The notes: generated by a model from the letters alone, not told the origin. DNA of 32,000 nucleotides from Coprobacillaceae bacterium (GCA_963675515.1 OY776328.1:1200001-1232000), one strand, 5' to 3'. Counted from the stretch's first letter, positions 1-8,344 are shown. Numbers and translations are program-made.

Positions 1-88
1 CAAGGTAAGATTTGGTGGAAGATAAGGAATCAATATCGATTATTATATTGATGGTTGTTTTGATGAATATGTTGATGATCCTCAACGT

Positions 89-274
89 TTGCATTGTGTT
101 ACATTCAAAACATTGGCCGACAATCTAAGTGCCATGAAGATTATGGGTGAACTGACCGGAACGCTCACTTATTATGCAGACGATTATTTGATCCTTGAGC
201 TAGATCGATACACACCGACTTATCAAAGAGAAACGGAAGAACGCATAAAAGCAGAGAAAGGAAAAACATTATGA
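89..274 (+). CDS. hypothetical protein (start uncertain)
   Basis: Frame is open from nt 26 to TGA 272-274. Only a TTG (89) or an internal ATG (134) is available as start, with no obvious RBS. The stop overlaps the next ATG (ATGA), consistent with operon coupling. No recognisable motif. Confidence 0.3.
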   Translation: MHCVTFKTLADNLSAMKIMGELTGTLTYYADDYLILELDRYTPTYQRETEERIKAEKGKTL

Positions 275-414
275 AACGACAAAAATATATCCCGGTAGAT
301 AATTGGGACGAGTTGGAACAAGCAGGACTTACAGTAGATGACTTGGACGATCTAGTGGAAATGACGGAAGAAGATTTTGAGTATGACGATGAAGAATCAA
401 AAGTTGAGGACTAG
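271..414 (+). CDS. small highly acidic protein, 47 aa (below the ORF-track cut-off)
   Basis: Hand translation: MKRQKYIPVDNWDELEQAGLTVDDLDDLVEMTEEDFEYDDEESKVED, with 19 of 47 residues D/E. ATG 271 overlaps the upstream stop. TAG 412-414 lies 3 nt before the ArdC-like start. Confidence 0.5.
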   Translation: MKRQKYIPVDNWDELEQAGLTVDDLDDLVEMTEEDFEYDDEESKVED

Positions 415-417
415 ACA

Positions 418-1860
418 ATGGCAAAGAAAAGTTATCCTAAAAAAACCAAAGCAGAAAAATATGACGAATGGCAACAGGGCATAGTTGATTACTTCCTGGA
501 AGATTTACAAAGGGTCAAAGACGAGCTGGAACAAGGAGTAGAAAACCCACGTTTGGCCTGGGAAAAAGAATGGGTCAACCTAATCCAAAAATCTATGGCC
601 AGTGGCAAAGACTATGCCGGTAAAAATCAGCTGATCTTGTCATTGCAGACTGCTAGAAAGAGATATACAGACAGTCGGTGGATAACCTACAATCAGATCA
701 TCAAGCACAATCAGGAATGTAGCGAAAACGAAAAGTGGAACGTGCCTTTGGAATTTCTCAAAAAGGATAACGGCCACATGACCACCGTAACGTTTGTAGA
801 TATCAAATATACCTATGACAAAGACAAGCGATACTATACTGAAAAGCAGATGAATGAGATGATAAAAAACAGCAACGGTTTGATATCGAAAAACGACTTT
901 GACAAGAAAATCAATCTCGGCTATAACAACGTCTATAACGTAAGTCTGGTTGAAGGTATCGAACCAGAGATACCGCTGGTGGTAGACTTTGATGATTACG
1001 TCATTGACAAGATTGTCGATAACTACCTTAGAAACAGTGGGGTTGAAGTCATCAATGCCCAACAAAATAGGGCCTACTATGCCCCGGCAGAAGACAAGAT
1101 TTGTCTGCCACCTCAAGGTGCTTTTAATGACAAACAGGGATATTATTCAACCTTGCTGCATGAAGTCGGCCATTCGATCGGTCACAAGGACAGAATGAAC
1201 CGGGAAGGAGTTTCCGTTACCGGATTCACTGATAAGAAAACCTATGCAAAAGAGGAGCTAGTAGCGGAGTTTACCAGTGTCTTGTTGAATACTAAATTGA
1301 ATATCCATACTGATGACAGCAACGAGAGCAAATACAATAACAATCTAGCCTACATTGAAAACTGGATTGAAATATTGAAAGACGATCCAAGCGTGCTGAT
1401 GGATAGTTTCGATCAGGCGGTTAAGGGTTATGATTATTTTGTGGAAAAAAGCAATCTTGAACTTTACAAAGAATATTTCGTGACGGACAAGGAAGATACC
1501 ATGTCAATCGTTAAGAAAAACATACTTGAATATCTCAATGAGACATTTGAAGATACATATGACAATACCTGCTTCAACAACATGGAAGATGTCGGTTTGC
1601 TTGTGACTACAGTTTTTGATAGTGAAGACAACGAGTATCAGTTTGAGGCAGTTGTGGACTTGAAAAATTTCAAATTTACCAAGCTGATTGATGGTGAAAT
1701 CTTCTACCAAAAAACATATGACAATATCGAACAACTTAATGAGGCTGAATTGATGGGATTGAATGAATCAGACTTGATGTATTTTGACGAAGATAAAAAA
1801 GAGATCAAGCAATTTTTTGAAAAACTGAATGGTAACGACCGGGAATTTGCACAAATCTAA
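418..1860 (+). CDS. ArdC-like antirestriction protein (N-terminal ssDNA-binding domain + HExxH zincin domain) with a long C-terminal extension
   Basis: The N-terminal block AGKNQLILSLQTARKRYTDSRWITYNQI resembles the ArdC N-domain (Y.G.N...L....W.T..Q). The metalloprotease motif LLHEVGHSIGHKDRMNR is like ArdC HExxHxxGH. The last ~150 aa carry no motif I recognise. Confidence 0.75.
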   Translation: MAKKSYPKKTKAEKYDEWQQGIVDYFLEDLQRVKDELEQGVENPRLAWEKEWVNLIQKSMASGKDYAGKNQLILSLQTARKRYTDSRWITYNQIIKHNQECSENEKWNVPLEFLKKDNGHMTTVTFVDIKYTYDKDKRYYTEKQMNEMIKNSNGLISKNDFDKKINLGYNNVYNVSLVEGIEPEIPLVVDFDDYVIDKIVDNYLRNSGVEVINAQQNRAYYAPAEDKICLPPQGAFNDKQGYYSTLLHEVGHSIGHKDRMNREGVSVTGFTDKKTYAKEELVAEFTSVLLNTKLNIHTDDSNESKYNNNLAYIENWIEILKDDPSVLMDSFDQAVKGYDYFVEKSNLELYKEYFVTDKEDTMSIVKKNILEYLNETFEDTYDNTCFNNMEDVGLLVTTVFDSEDNEYQFEAVVDLKNFKFTKLIDGEIFYQKTYDNIEQLNEAELMGLNESDLMYFDEDKKEIKQFFEKLNGNDREFAQI

Positions 1861-1871
1861 CAATGAGCAAA

Positions 1872-1889
1872 GGTGGCAATTTTGCCACC
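1872..1889. repeat. 18-bp perfect palindrome GGTGGCAATTTTGCCACC, copy 1
   Basis: 8-bp arms GGTGGCAA/TTGCCACC with a TT centre. It lies 12 nt after the ArdC-like stop and 11 nt before the AGGAGG RBS of the next gene. Confidence 0.9.
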
Positions 1890-1911
1890 TTTATCAATCA
1901 AGGAGGAAAAT

Positions 1912-2136
1912 ATGGTAATGAGATTTGGTTATGAAATTGAGAGGAAAATATTGAATCACCAAATGTTCATTTTAAATCGAGTATATGAAGATCGGACAAT
2001 TGAGTTATTGGAAGATAATTATCCATATTTGAATCGTAAAGAGAAACACAAACTAACAGATAAAAAAAGAGGATTAAAAATCGTATGCCTATTGGTGGAT
2101 AAATATGATATCATTGAGGAGTGGAGGTATTGTTAA
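1912..2136 (+). CDS. small hypothetical protein (74 aa) translationally coupled to the Fic gene
   Basis: ATG 1912 sits 5 nt after AGGAGG (1901-1906). The track's GTG 1873 start lies inside the palindrome and is rejected. Stop TAA 2134-2136 overlaps the Fic ATG (TAATG). Confidence 0.6.
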   Translation: MVMRFGYEIERKILNHQMFILNRVYEDRTIELLEDNYPYLNRKEKHKLTDKKRGLKIVCLLVDKYDIIEEWRYC

Positions 2137-2975
2137 TGACATCAGGAACATATGATAAAGTTGAACCAACAACGAACAAAGAACAACGTAAAAAATACTG
2201 GGATAATGCATTAGGACTTCAAAAAGTCGATAATCTATCACCTTCTGACTATATGTTATCGTTAGTCAATGAACATATAGAAGGTAAAATCACTTATGAT
2301 GAAATTGGTGATCAGCTTAAATCCTATTATGAAAAAAATGATAATATTTATGAGGAAGAGGCGGATATCGTTTCGTTACGGATTGCGAAGATTCTTGAAG
2401 ATGGTGCTTTTAGGTTCGATTACCGTACCTACTTAAATTATCATAAAATTTTGTTTCAAGGATTAGATATTGGCATTCCAAGTAAATATATTGGAAATGT
2501 GAGAGATTATAACATTTCTAAAAAAGAAGATATACTTAACGGTGATACGGTTATGTATGGTTATGCCGACAATATATTGGAAACACTTAAATACGATATT
2601 GAAAATGAGAAAAATGTTAAGTATTCAAAATTGAATGACGATGAAAGAGTGAGTCAGATTGCAAGATTCACATCATTGTTATGGCAAAATCACGTTTTTG
2701 GAGAAGGAAACACCAGGACGACAGCAGTATTTGTAGAAAAATATTTAATCAGCAAAGGATTGAACGTTGATAATGAGTTGTTTAAAGATAATTCATTATA
2801 CTTTAGAAATGCTCTCGTTAGAGCAAATTATTCGAACTTAAATTTAGATGTTGATGAGACGGATGAGTTTTTGATAAAATTCTTTGAGAATCTCATTCTA
2901 GGCAAAAACAATGTCCTGGATAATGAGGAGATGTATATAACACCAAGGATGAAATCTATGGAAAAAACCAGGTAG
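2136..2975 (+). CDS. Fic/Fido-domain protein with VbhA-like N-terminal segment and non-canonical active-site motif
   Basis: The Fic-like motif HVFGEGNTRTTA compares with canonical HxFx(D/E)GNGRxxR. The N-terminal NALGLQKVDNLSPSDY...IEGKITYDEI resembles the VbhA antitoxin fold sequence. A TGGAGG RBS precedes ATG 2136. Confidence 0.75.
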   Translation: MTSGTYDKVEPTTNKEQRKKYWDNALGLQKVDNLSPSDYMLSLVNEHIEGKITYDEIGDQLKSYYEKNDNIYEEEADIVSLRIAKILEDGAFRFDYRTYLNYHKILFQGLDIGIPSKYIGNVRDYNISKKEDILNGDTVMYGYADNILETLKYDIENEKNVKYSKLNDDERVSQIARFTSLLWQNHVFGEGNTRTTAVFVEKYLISKGLNVDNELFKDNSLYFRNALVRANYSNLNLDVDETDEFLIKFFENLILGKNNVLDNEEMYITPRMKSMEKTR

Positions 2976-2997
2976 GGGAAATTAACCCTACCTTTTT
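2971..2997 (+). terminator. rho-independent terminator after the Fic gene
   Basis: GGTAGGG-gaaattaa-CCCTACC followed by TTTTT. The stem overlaps the TAG stop. Confidence 0.75.
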
Positions 2998-3042
2998 ATA
3001 TTGAATAGTTATAATTTTTAAGATTAGATATCATTTAGTAAA

Positions 3043-3060
3043 GGTGGCAATTTTGCCACC
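3043..3060. repeat. 18-bp palindrome GGTGGCAATTTTGCCACC, copy 2
   Basis: Perfect copy. The 47-nt block 3040-3086 (palindrome + RBS + ATGG) is 46/47 identical to 1869-1915. Confidence 0.9.
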
Positions 3061-3082
3061 TTTATCAATTAAGGAGGAAAAT

Positions 3083-4906
3083 ATGGATAATACAAAGGCT
3101 TTGAAATCAAGAATTGCCCCAATCAATTTGAGTTTCAACCGGAATCATATCAGGTTCAACAACAAGTACCAACGGATATTGACGATTATTGAACTACCAA
3201 GCAATTTCTATTCAGGTGTTTTAAGCTGGCTGGTGTCAAGCGGTGACCCCGACATCAAAGTGGAGATTGAAACCAGTCAAAGCAACTACAGTATCGCTTC
3301 ACTGATCAACCGTGAAGTGCGGACAATGGAACAGGAATATAAAAATTCCAACACCACAAACAAGGAATCCTTAAGGCAAAAAATGGAAGGTCTACAGGAC
3401 TATATCCGGGAACTGATCCGCAGAAAGGATAAGACGTATAACGTGCTGATCAACGTCACGCTTTTAGCTGACAACTTTGATGAGCTGAATGAGAAAACAA
3501 AAGACATGGCTGAAAAGCTGATGTCTTATGGCTATAAATCTACCGTTATTGATTTTGACCAAGAAAAATTGATGAAGAAAACATCAGTATGGTTTGTCAA
3601 TGACAATTTCAATGAGGATATGAACTACAACCTGGGCTGTCTGATGTCGGCTCAATCGGTTGCCGGTTTATATCCTTTTATCTTTGATACGCTTGATGAT
3701 GAGCATGGCTTGTTGTTAGGGCACGAACTGAATAACTTTGGAAAGATCGTGTTTGATCAATTCTACTACAAAAACAGTTATGAACAGGCAAAAGTCTATA
3801 ACCGCTTGAATGGTAACATGATAGTGATTGGCTCGACCGGACAGGGAAAAACAACCACGGTCAATATGATCATGATGACCCATATGGTCAATCGCAGAAA
3901 GATATTGTGGATCGACCCGGAAAACAAAATTCGGACATTGATTGAAAAGACCAACGGTTCATTTTTCAACCTGGGAACAAGCAACGCTAGAATAAATGTA
4001 TTTGACTTAAAACCGATCTCTAGTGATGAAGATGAGGAAGTCGAGATGTATAACACCAGGCTTGCCATCTACAACGTGGTCGAGGATATCAAAATAGTGT
4101 TTGGTTATTTGTATCCTAGTATCAAAGAAGAAACGTTGGCGATTATCGGTGACCTCGCGGTTAACACATACAAAAAGGTTGGGATTGACTTCAATACCGA
4201 TTTTAGGCATTTGAACGCTGTTGATTATCCGACATTCTCACATTTCAAGACAGTGGTTGATGAACTAATTTACTACATGCAAGAGGCCAAGGTGGCCACC
4301 AATGATATTCAATTTACCGCAATAAAGGATATTCAAAATAAACTGCAACCGATAGTGACGGAATATTCAAGATATTTCAATGGTACAACGACAATCAACA
4401 CTGATGAAAATTCCAATCCGTTTCTCGGGTTTGGCACTAAGATATTTTTCAATCAGACTGACAAGGTTAGAAATGCGATCATGCACATCATCTTTCAGTT
4501 TGCCTGGTCGCTCTGTCTTGATGAGACTGAATTTAGCGCTTTTTGCATTGATGAAGCCCATTTGATGATCAATGAGGGTAAAACTGCCAAGATGGTCGAA
4601 CAGTTCATGAGACGCTCAAGAAAGTACAATAACGCAACTATCATATCGACCCAGGAAAGTAATGACTTTGCCAATGAAGAAAATCTTTCAAAAGGAAAAG
4701 CAATATTCAACAATGCCTGTTATAAAATCATCATGAAACTGGAACTTAACGGAATCAGTGATCTCAATAAGCTAATGCACCTGACCGATGGTGAAAACAA
4801 TCTGATCAGTGAACTAAGACAAGGTGAATGTATCATGATTGCCGGTAACAAGCGGATACCGGTTGCGGTCAGGGTGACTCCCGAAATGCTCTCCTTGATG
4901 TCATGA
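3083..4906 (+). CDS. VirB4-like conjugative transfer ATPase
   Basis: Walker A is GSTGQGKTT and Walker B is FCIDEAH. Size (~607 aa) and context are typical of Gram-positive T4SS VirB4/TrsE/TcpF-type ATPases. ATG 3083 follows AGGAGG; the GTG 3044 start in the palindrome is rejected. Confidence 0.85.
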   Translation: MDNTKALKSRIAPINLSFNRNHIRFNNKYQRILTIIELPSNFYSGVLSWLVSSGDPDIKVEIETSQSNYSIASLINREVRTMEQEYKNSNTTNKESLRQKMEGLQDYIRELIRRKDKTYNVLINVTLLADNFDELNEKTKDMAEKLMSYGYKSTVIDFDQEKLMKKTSVWFVNDNFNEDMNYNLGCLMSAQSVAGLYPFIFDTLDDEHGLLLGHELNNFGKIVFDQFYYKNSYEQAKVYNRLNGNMIVIGSTGQGKTTTVNMIMMTHMVNRRKILWIDPENKIRTLIEKTNGSFFNLGTSNARINVFDLKPISSDEDEEVEMYNTRLAIYNVVEDIKIVFGYLYPSIKEETLAIIGDLAVNTYKKVGIDFNTDFRHLNAVDYPTFSHFKTVVDELIYYMQEAKVATNDIQFTAIKDIQNKLQPIVTEYSRYFNGTTTINTDENSNPFLGFGTKIFFNQTDKVRNAIMHIIFQFAWSLCLDETEFSAFCIDEAHLMINEGKTAKMVEQFMRRSRKYNNATIISTQESNDFANEENLSKGKAIFNNACYKIIMKLELNGISDLNKLMHLTDGENNLISELRQGECIMIAGNKRIPVAVRVTPEMLSLMS

Positions 4907-6084
4907 AAAAGGTAAAGAAAACCGGTATCACCATAACGGCAGTTTTGATGTTTTTTCTAAGCAGTATGTTTCTAGTGGCCGCTTTATTCGAAGATGAAGA
5001 AAGCGACAATAACGAAAGCTATTATGGCAACAGCCTGATTGATCAATTTGTGGGAAATGCTCAAGGTGAGTATGAAAGCAATATCGGGATTGTTAGCGGT
5101 GACAAGTACCGGGAATGGTATACCGGGAACATTGATAATGCGCCCTGGTGTGCCACCTTTGTAAGCTACATTGCTGATAAGACCGGAATAATTGAAACAG
5201 TTATCCCTAAGTTTCAATCCTGTGATGTCGGGGTTGCCTGGTTTGAATCGAATGAGCGCTTTTACTATACCTCTAAATATGGCGGTGATTATGATGAGCC
5301 GGGTAAAGGTGATATCATCTTTTTCTCTGATGGACATGACATCAATGACAGTACCCATGTAGGGATAGTGTCTGACTATGATAACGGGGTTGTAAGCACG
5401 ATTGAGGGCAACTCCGGGAATCAGATCAAGACAAAAACCTATACCAATGACAGCATGTATATCATTGGTTATGGCGTGCCTGATTATCAGTCCTATACCT
5501 ATACCGGATTTATGAGCGATGAGTTCAAATACTTTGCCCAATTCGAATCAGGAGCCAACTATAATAAGACTTACAGCATGTATGACGGCTATCACGCTTT
5601 AGGTTATTATCAGTTTGACAACCGCTATGCCTTGCAAGATTTTTTGAAGTACTGCTATGACTTCAACACTGACCCCTACAAAATGTTCAAGCCGTTCTTG
5701 AAGATAAGCAAAGACAAACTTGCTGACAATTCCGCTTTGGCCAAGGCCTGGAATGAGGCCTATAATCTCAATCAAAGCAACTTCTGTGACCTGCAAGATC
5801 AATTTGAGTACAACAATTATTATCTGGTCATTGAAGACAAATTGATGAAAATGGGTATCGATATCCACAACCGCCCTGATTGCATTAAAGGGTTGATCTG
5901 TGGAATCAGTAATCTGTTTGGAAGTGGCGGAGCGGTGGAACTAATCACTTCATCGGGAGCTGACAACTCGATGAGTTCTGAAAATTTGGCAAAGACCGTT
6001 TGTAATTACATCATCGAAAATGAAGTCAGATATTCAACCAGATATCAAAATGAACTGGAAACAGTACTAAATTATTTGAGATAG
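4903..6084 (+). CDS. membrane-anchored peptidoglycan hydrolase (CHAP domain + lytic-transglycosylase-like C-terminal domain)
   Basis: There is an N-terminal TM helix. CHAP signatures are APWCATFVSY (Cys), STHVGIV (His) and IEGNSGN. The C-terminal FESG...ALGYYQFD resembles the SLT E-S...G-x-x-Q pattern. An ATGA overlap joins it to the VirB4 stop. Confidence 0.75.
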   Translation: MKKVKKTGITITAVLMFFLSSMFLVAALFEDEESDNNESYYGNSLIDQFVGNAQGEYESNIGIVSGDKYREWYTGNIDNAPWCATFVSYIADKTGIIETVIPKFQSCDVGVAWFESNERFYYTSKYGGDYDEPGKGDIIFFSDGHDINDSTHVGIVSDYDNGVVSTIEGNSGNQIKTKTYTNDSMYIIGYGVPDYQSYTYTGFMSDEFKYFAQFESGANYNKTYSMYDGYHALGYYQFDNRYALQDFLKYCYDFNTDPYKMFKPFLKISKDKLADNSALAKAWNEAYNLNQSNFCDLQDQFEYNNYYLVIEDKLMKMGIDIHNRPDCIKGLICGISNLFGSGGAVELITSSGADNSMSSENLAKTVCNYIIENEVRYSTRYQNELETVLNYLR

Positions 6085-6096
6085 GAGAGTATGAAA

Positions 6097-6657
6097 ATGA
6101 AGAATAATTTAAAGAAAATAATCATCGGAGCAATTAGTGTTTTGGTCTTGGTCTCGGGTGTTTTCGTCTATCAAAATGTAATCAATAAAGATACCGCTAG
6201 TGAGTGGTCACAGAATCCGATACCTGATTATCTACCCGATGATTTGGGTGTTAGAAGGGGGTATGTATTCGATGTGATAGATGGTTTTAATAGTTATAAC
6301 CTGGACAATGTGAAGTATGAATTTATATTTAGGCTAAAAGATGACCATAAGCAAATGATGGTCGATTATACAATGGCAACATTCTATGAGGCTTATTTTG
6401 TGGTCGATGACATTTATTATTTTTACTGTATGCTTGATGACGAATTGGAAACAATTTATGAGATCGGAGTAGGTACGGATTGCGTAGCTAGAAGTGTCTT
6501 GCAACTATCGGACAAGGAAGACATCTATAAACAATCGAAATTTACCGACCTTAGATATATCGATTTTTACGATGGGGTAACCTACATGAGAAAGTTCCAA
6601 AAGATTATGGAAGAAGTGCCGGCAGACGGTGTTGACCCGGAACAGGGAAATCAATAA
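6097..6657 (+). CDS. hypothetical membrane-anchored/secreted protein
   Basis: It has an N-terminal hydrophobic helix (IIIGAISVLVLVSGVFVY). ATG 6097 has better spacing to AGGAGA (6083-6088) than ATG 6091. No functional motif recognised. Confidence 0.6.
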   Translation: MKNNLKKIIIGAISVLVLVSGVFVYQNVINKDTASEWSQNPIPDYLPDDLGVRRGYVFDVIDGFNSYNLDNVKYEFIFRLKDDHKQMMVDYTMATFYEAYFVVDDIYYFYCMLDDELETIYEIGVGTDCVARSVLQLSDKEDIYKQSKFTDLRYIDFYDGVTYMRKFQKIMEEVPADGVDPEQGNQ

Positions 6658-6670
6658 GAAAGGACATTGA

Positions 6671-6832
6671 ATGAAAGAAGTAAGAAAAGGAAAGGCAAAG
6701 TGGACGTTTGTCAAAGAATACGAATTTTTCAATTTATGGATAAACCATATCGGAATCCGGGAGTGCTTTTTCAAATATGAAGACCCCAACCACGGCATGA
6801 TAATCAATCATGATCAGGTGCAAAGCAAGTAA
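6671..6832 (+). CDS. possible small protein (53 aa), not in the ORF track
   Basis: Hand translation: MKEVRKGKAKWTFVKEYEFFNLWINHIGIRECFFKYEDPNHGMIINHDQVQSK. The RBS is weak (GAAAGGA). It is followed by a hairpin/T-run at 6858-6895. Confidence 0.35.
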   Translation: MKEVRKGKAKWTFVKEYEFFNLWINHIGIRECFFKYEDPNHGMIINHDQVQSK

Positions 6833-6857
6833 GATTGACCAGGATTTTTTAAAGTGC

Positions 6858-6895
6858 TCGCCACTCCCACGGAGTGGCGAAAGGCGGTTTTTTTT
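6858..6895 (+). terminator. putative terminator hairpin
   Basis: 10-bp stem TCGCCACTCC-cac-GGAGTGGCGA. The T8 run starts 7 nt after the stem, which is atypical spacing. Confidence 0.5.
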
Positions 6896-6909
6896 GAAAG
6901 GAGTAGTAG

Positions 6910-7329
6910 ATGTATCTAACAGAGAAAGACCTCAAGGATAATTTTTGGAAGAAATATAATTACAGCAATCGGGCCATTAGGTATCAGTTTGAATTTATTC
7001 AAAGCGGCCGTCCACTTGATTTGATTACTGGTGAGAAGCTAGGCGAGAGCTATCAGCTTAATGCCTTTGAATTCAAGTTGACCGATATCAAGAAGGGAAT
7101 CGCTCAAGCAAAATTCAACCAGGAATATTTTCAAAAGTCATGGTTGGTATTCCCGATGGACCGGCAAGAGTTAATCGAAAACAAGTACCTAAATGAGATC
7201 AAGTCATCAGGACTTGGCCTGATTTTCGTGTCCGATGATGGAGCGTTTGACTTGTACCTGATCGCCAGAAATGAGAAACCAAGGGCAATATCCAATGAGA
7301 TTCTGGGTTGGTTATTGAATGGATATTAG
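6910..7329 (+). CDS. hypothetical protein with a PD-(D/E)xK-like pattern
   Basis: AGGAG RBS upstream. The pattern GRPLDL...(17 aa)...FEFKL fits D...ExK of the restriction-endonuclease fold (MmcB/DUF1052-like layout). This is pattern-only evidence. Confidence 0.55.
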   Translation: MYLTEKDLKDNFWKKYNYSNRAIRYQFEFIQSGRPLDLITGEKLGESYQLNAFEFKLTDIKKGIAQAKFNQEYFQKSWLVFPMDRQELIENKYLNEIKSSGLGLIFVSDDGAFDLYLIARNEKPRAISNEILGWLLNGY

Positions 7330-7333
7330 AGTC

Positions 7334-7426
7334 TCCTGTAATACAGAATTCCCTCTAATTGTATTACTGGAATATCCTAAGCAGGTTAAGGGGATTCGTA
7401 TCACAATATTAAAAATATTGTATTAC
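7334..7426 (+). promoter_or_regulatory. candidate oriT (inverted repeats + IncP-like nick motif)
   Basis: IR CCTGTAATACA (7334-7344) / TGTATTACTGG (7359-7369). TATCCTA at 7372-7378 lies just 3' of the IR (IncP-type nic core is TATCCTG, from memory). A second palindrome ACAATATT-aaa-AATATTGT is at 7402-7420, and a third TGTATTAC at 7418-7425. The region lies upstream of the RHH genes and relaxase. Confidence 0.45.
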
Positions 7427-7548
7427 GATCCCGAGGGAACAACGCCCCAACGGGCCGTTTTAAAAGAAAAAAGATGTAATGCAATCTGTGATATGTATGC
7501 AGTGCGATAATTTCAACATTTGTATTGCAGGAAAAGGAGCAAAAAAAC

Positions 7549-7944
7549 ATGAAAAAAAATATGTCTTTGAGAATTGATGACGATATTGAAATCAAATTAG
7601 ATTTTATAATCTCGAGCTTGAAAAATGAGAATCAGGAGCTAAGCAAATCAGAAATAATAAGATTGCTTATTGAAGAAAAATTTAACCAATTGGCCAAAGG
7701 GAAAACGGATCCTGTCGTTGGAGAAAAGCATGCTGACGTGAATCCTGATTTATTAATGGTTGCTGAAAAAATCAATTACATATTCGAGTATATGGAACTT
7801 CTTTTAAAGGCTGACAGCGAGATAAAAAAATTCTATTCCGATATCAAAGGCAAGTATGATTCAGAGAAAATCAAAAAGTATGTCAAATCCGAATCTTACT
7901 ACAGGGATTTCGTTACTGCGAAACTAAATAAGGAGATTGATTAA
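7549..7944 (+). CDS. ribbon-helix-helix-like relaxosome accessory protein (paralogue 1)
   Basis: ATG 7549 is 9 nt after AAAGGAG. The N-terminus MSLRIDDDIEIKLDFI fits an RHH beta-strand/helix pattern. Positioned immediately upstream of the relaxase. Confidence 0.6.
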   Translation: MKKNMSLRIDDDIEIKLDFIISSLKNENQELSKSEIIRLLIEEKFNQLAKGKTDPVVGEKHADVNPDLLMVAEKINYIFEYMELLLKADSEIKKFYSDIKGKYDSEKIKKYVKSESYYRDFVTAKLNKEID

Positions 7945-7945
7945 A

Positions 7946-8344
7946 ATGGATAATAAATATATATCTTTTAGATCAGAACCGGACATTGACGAAAAATTAA
8001 ATGAAATGATTGAGGTGTTGAATACCCGGTCTTTGAAAGATGGGGTTGAATATAATCGGACTGATGTTTTGAAAATGGCAATTGATTATTATTACTTTGA
8101 AGTGATGAATCAAAACAATACTGGTATTGTTAATGACATAATCATGAACGCTATAAATACGTACTTGCGTTCCCAAGTTCGAGTTGACAATGATTTCAAA
8201 AATGCCATGTTGACGGAGGTAATAATCAATCAGGAGTTATTGAAAATCTTACTATCATGTAACGATATCAAATATGAAGACATGATCGATACGATTCAGA
8301 ATAATATCAATGAAAGGATACTGTTTAATGAAAAAAACGGATAA
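7946..8344 (+). CDS. ribbon-helix-helix-like relaxosome accessory protein (paralogue 2)
   Basis: ATG 7946 follows AAGGAG. The N-terminus ISFRSEPDIDEKLNEMI shows the same pattern as the preceding gene. Size is similar (132 vs 131 aa). Confidence 0.6.
   Translation: MDNKYISFRSEPDIDEKLNEMIEVLNTRSLKDGVEYNRTDVLKMAIDYYYFEVMNQNNTGIVNDIIMNAINTYLRSQVRVDNDFKNAMLTEVIINQELLKILLSCNDIKYEDMIDTIQNNINERILFNEKNG

Noticed and set aside
640-1116. Long antisense ORFs in the track: 640-1116, 4984-5541, 15125-15706, 22630-23049, 24324-24689 and similar, all on the minus strand.
   Set aside because: Each lies wholly inside a plus-strand gene that has clear family motifs. None has a convincing RBS, and their translations are low-complexity and hydrophobic, typical of the antisense frame of AT-rich genes.
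1873-3082. The ORF-track starts at GTG 1873 and GTG 3044 give two proteins the same N-terminus, MAILPPLSIKEENM.
   Set aside because: These starts lie inside the 18-bp palindrome and read through the AGGAGG RBS. The identical peptide is an artefact of the duplicated 47-nt leader. The ATGs at 1912 and 3083, with good RBS spacing, are used instead.
7319-7510. A 63-aa plus-strand ORF spanning the relaxase-upstream intergenic region.
   Set aside because: It has no RBS and overlaps the stop of the upstream gene. It runs across the inverted repeats and the GC hairpin, so it is better explained as oriT/regulatory DNA.
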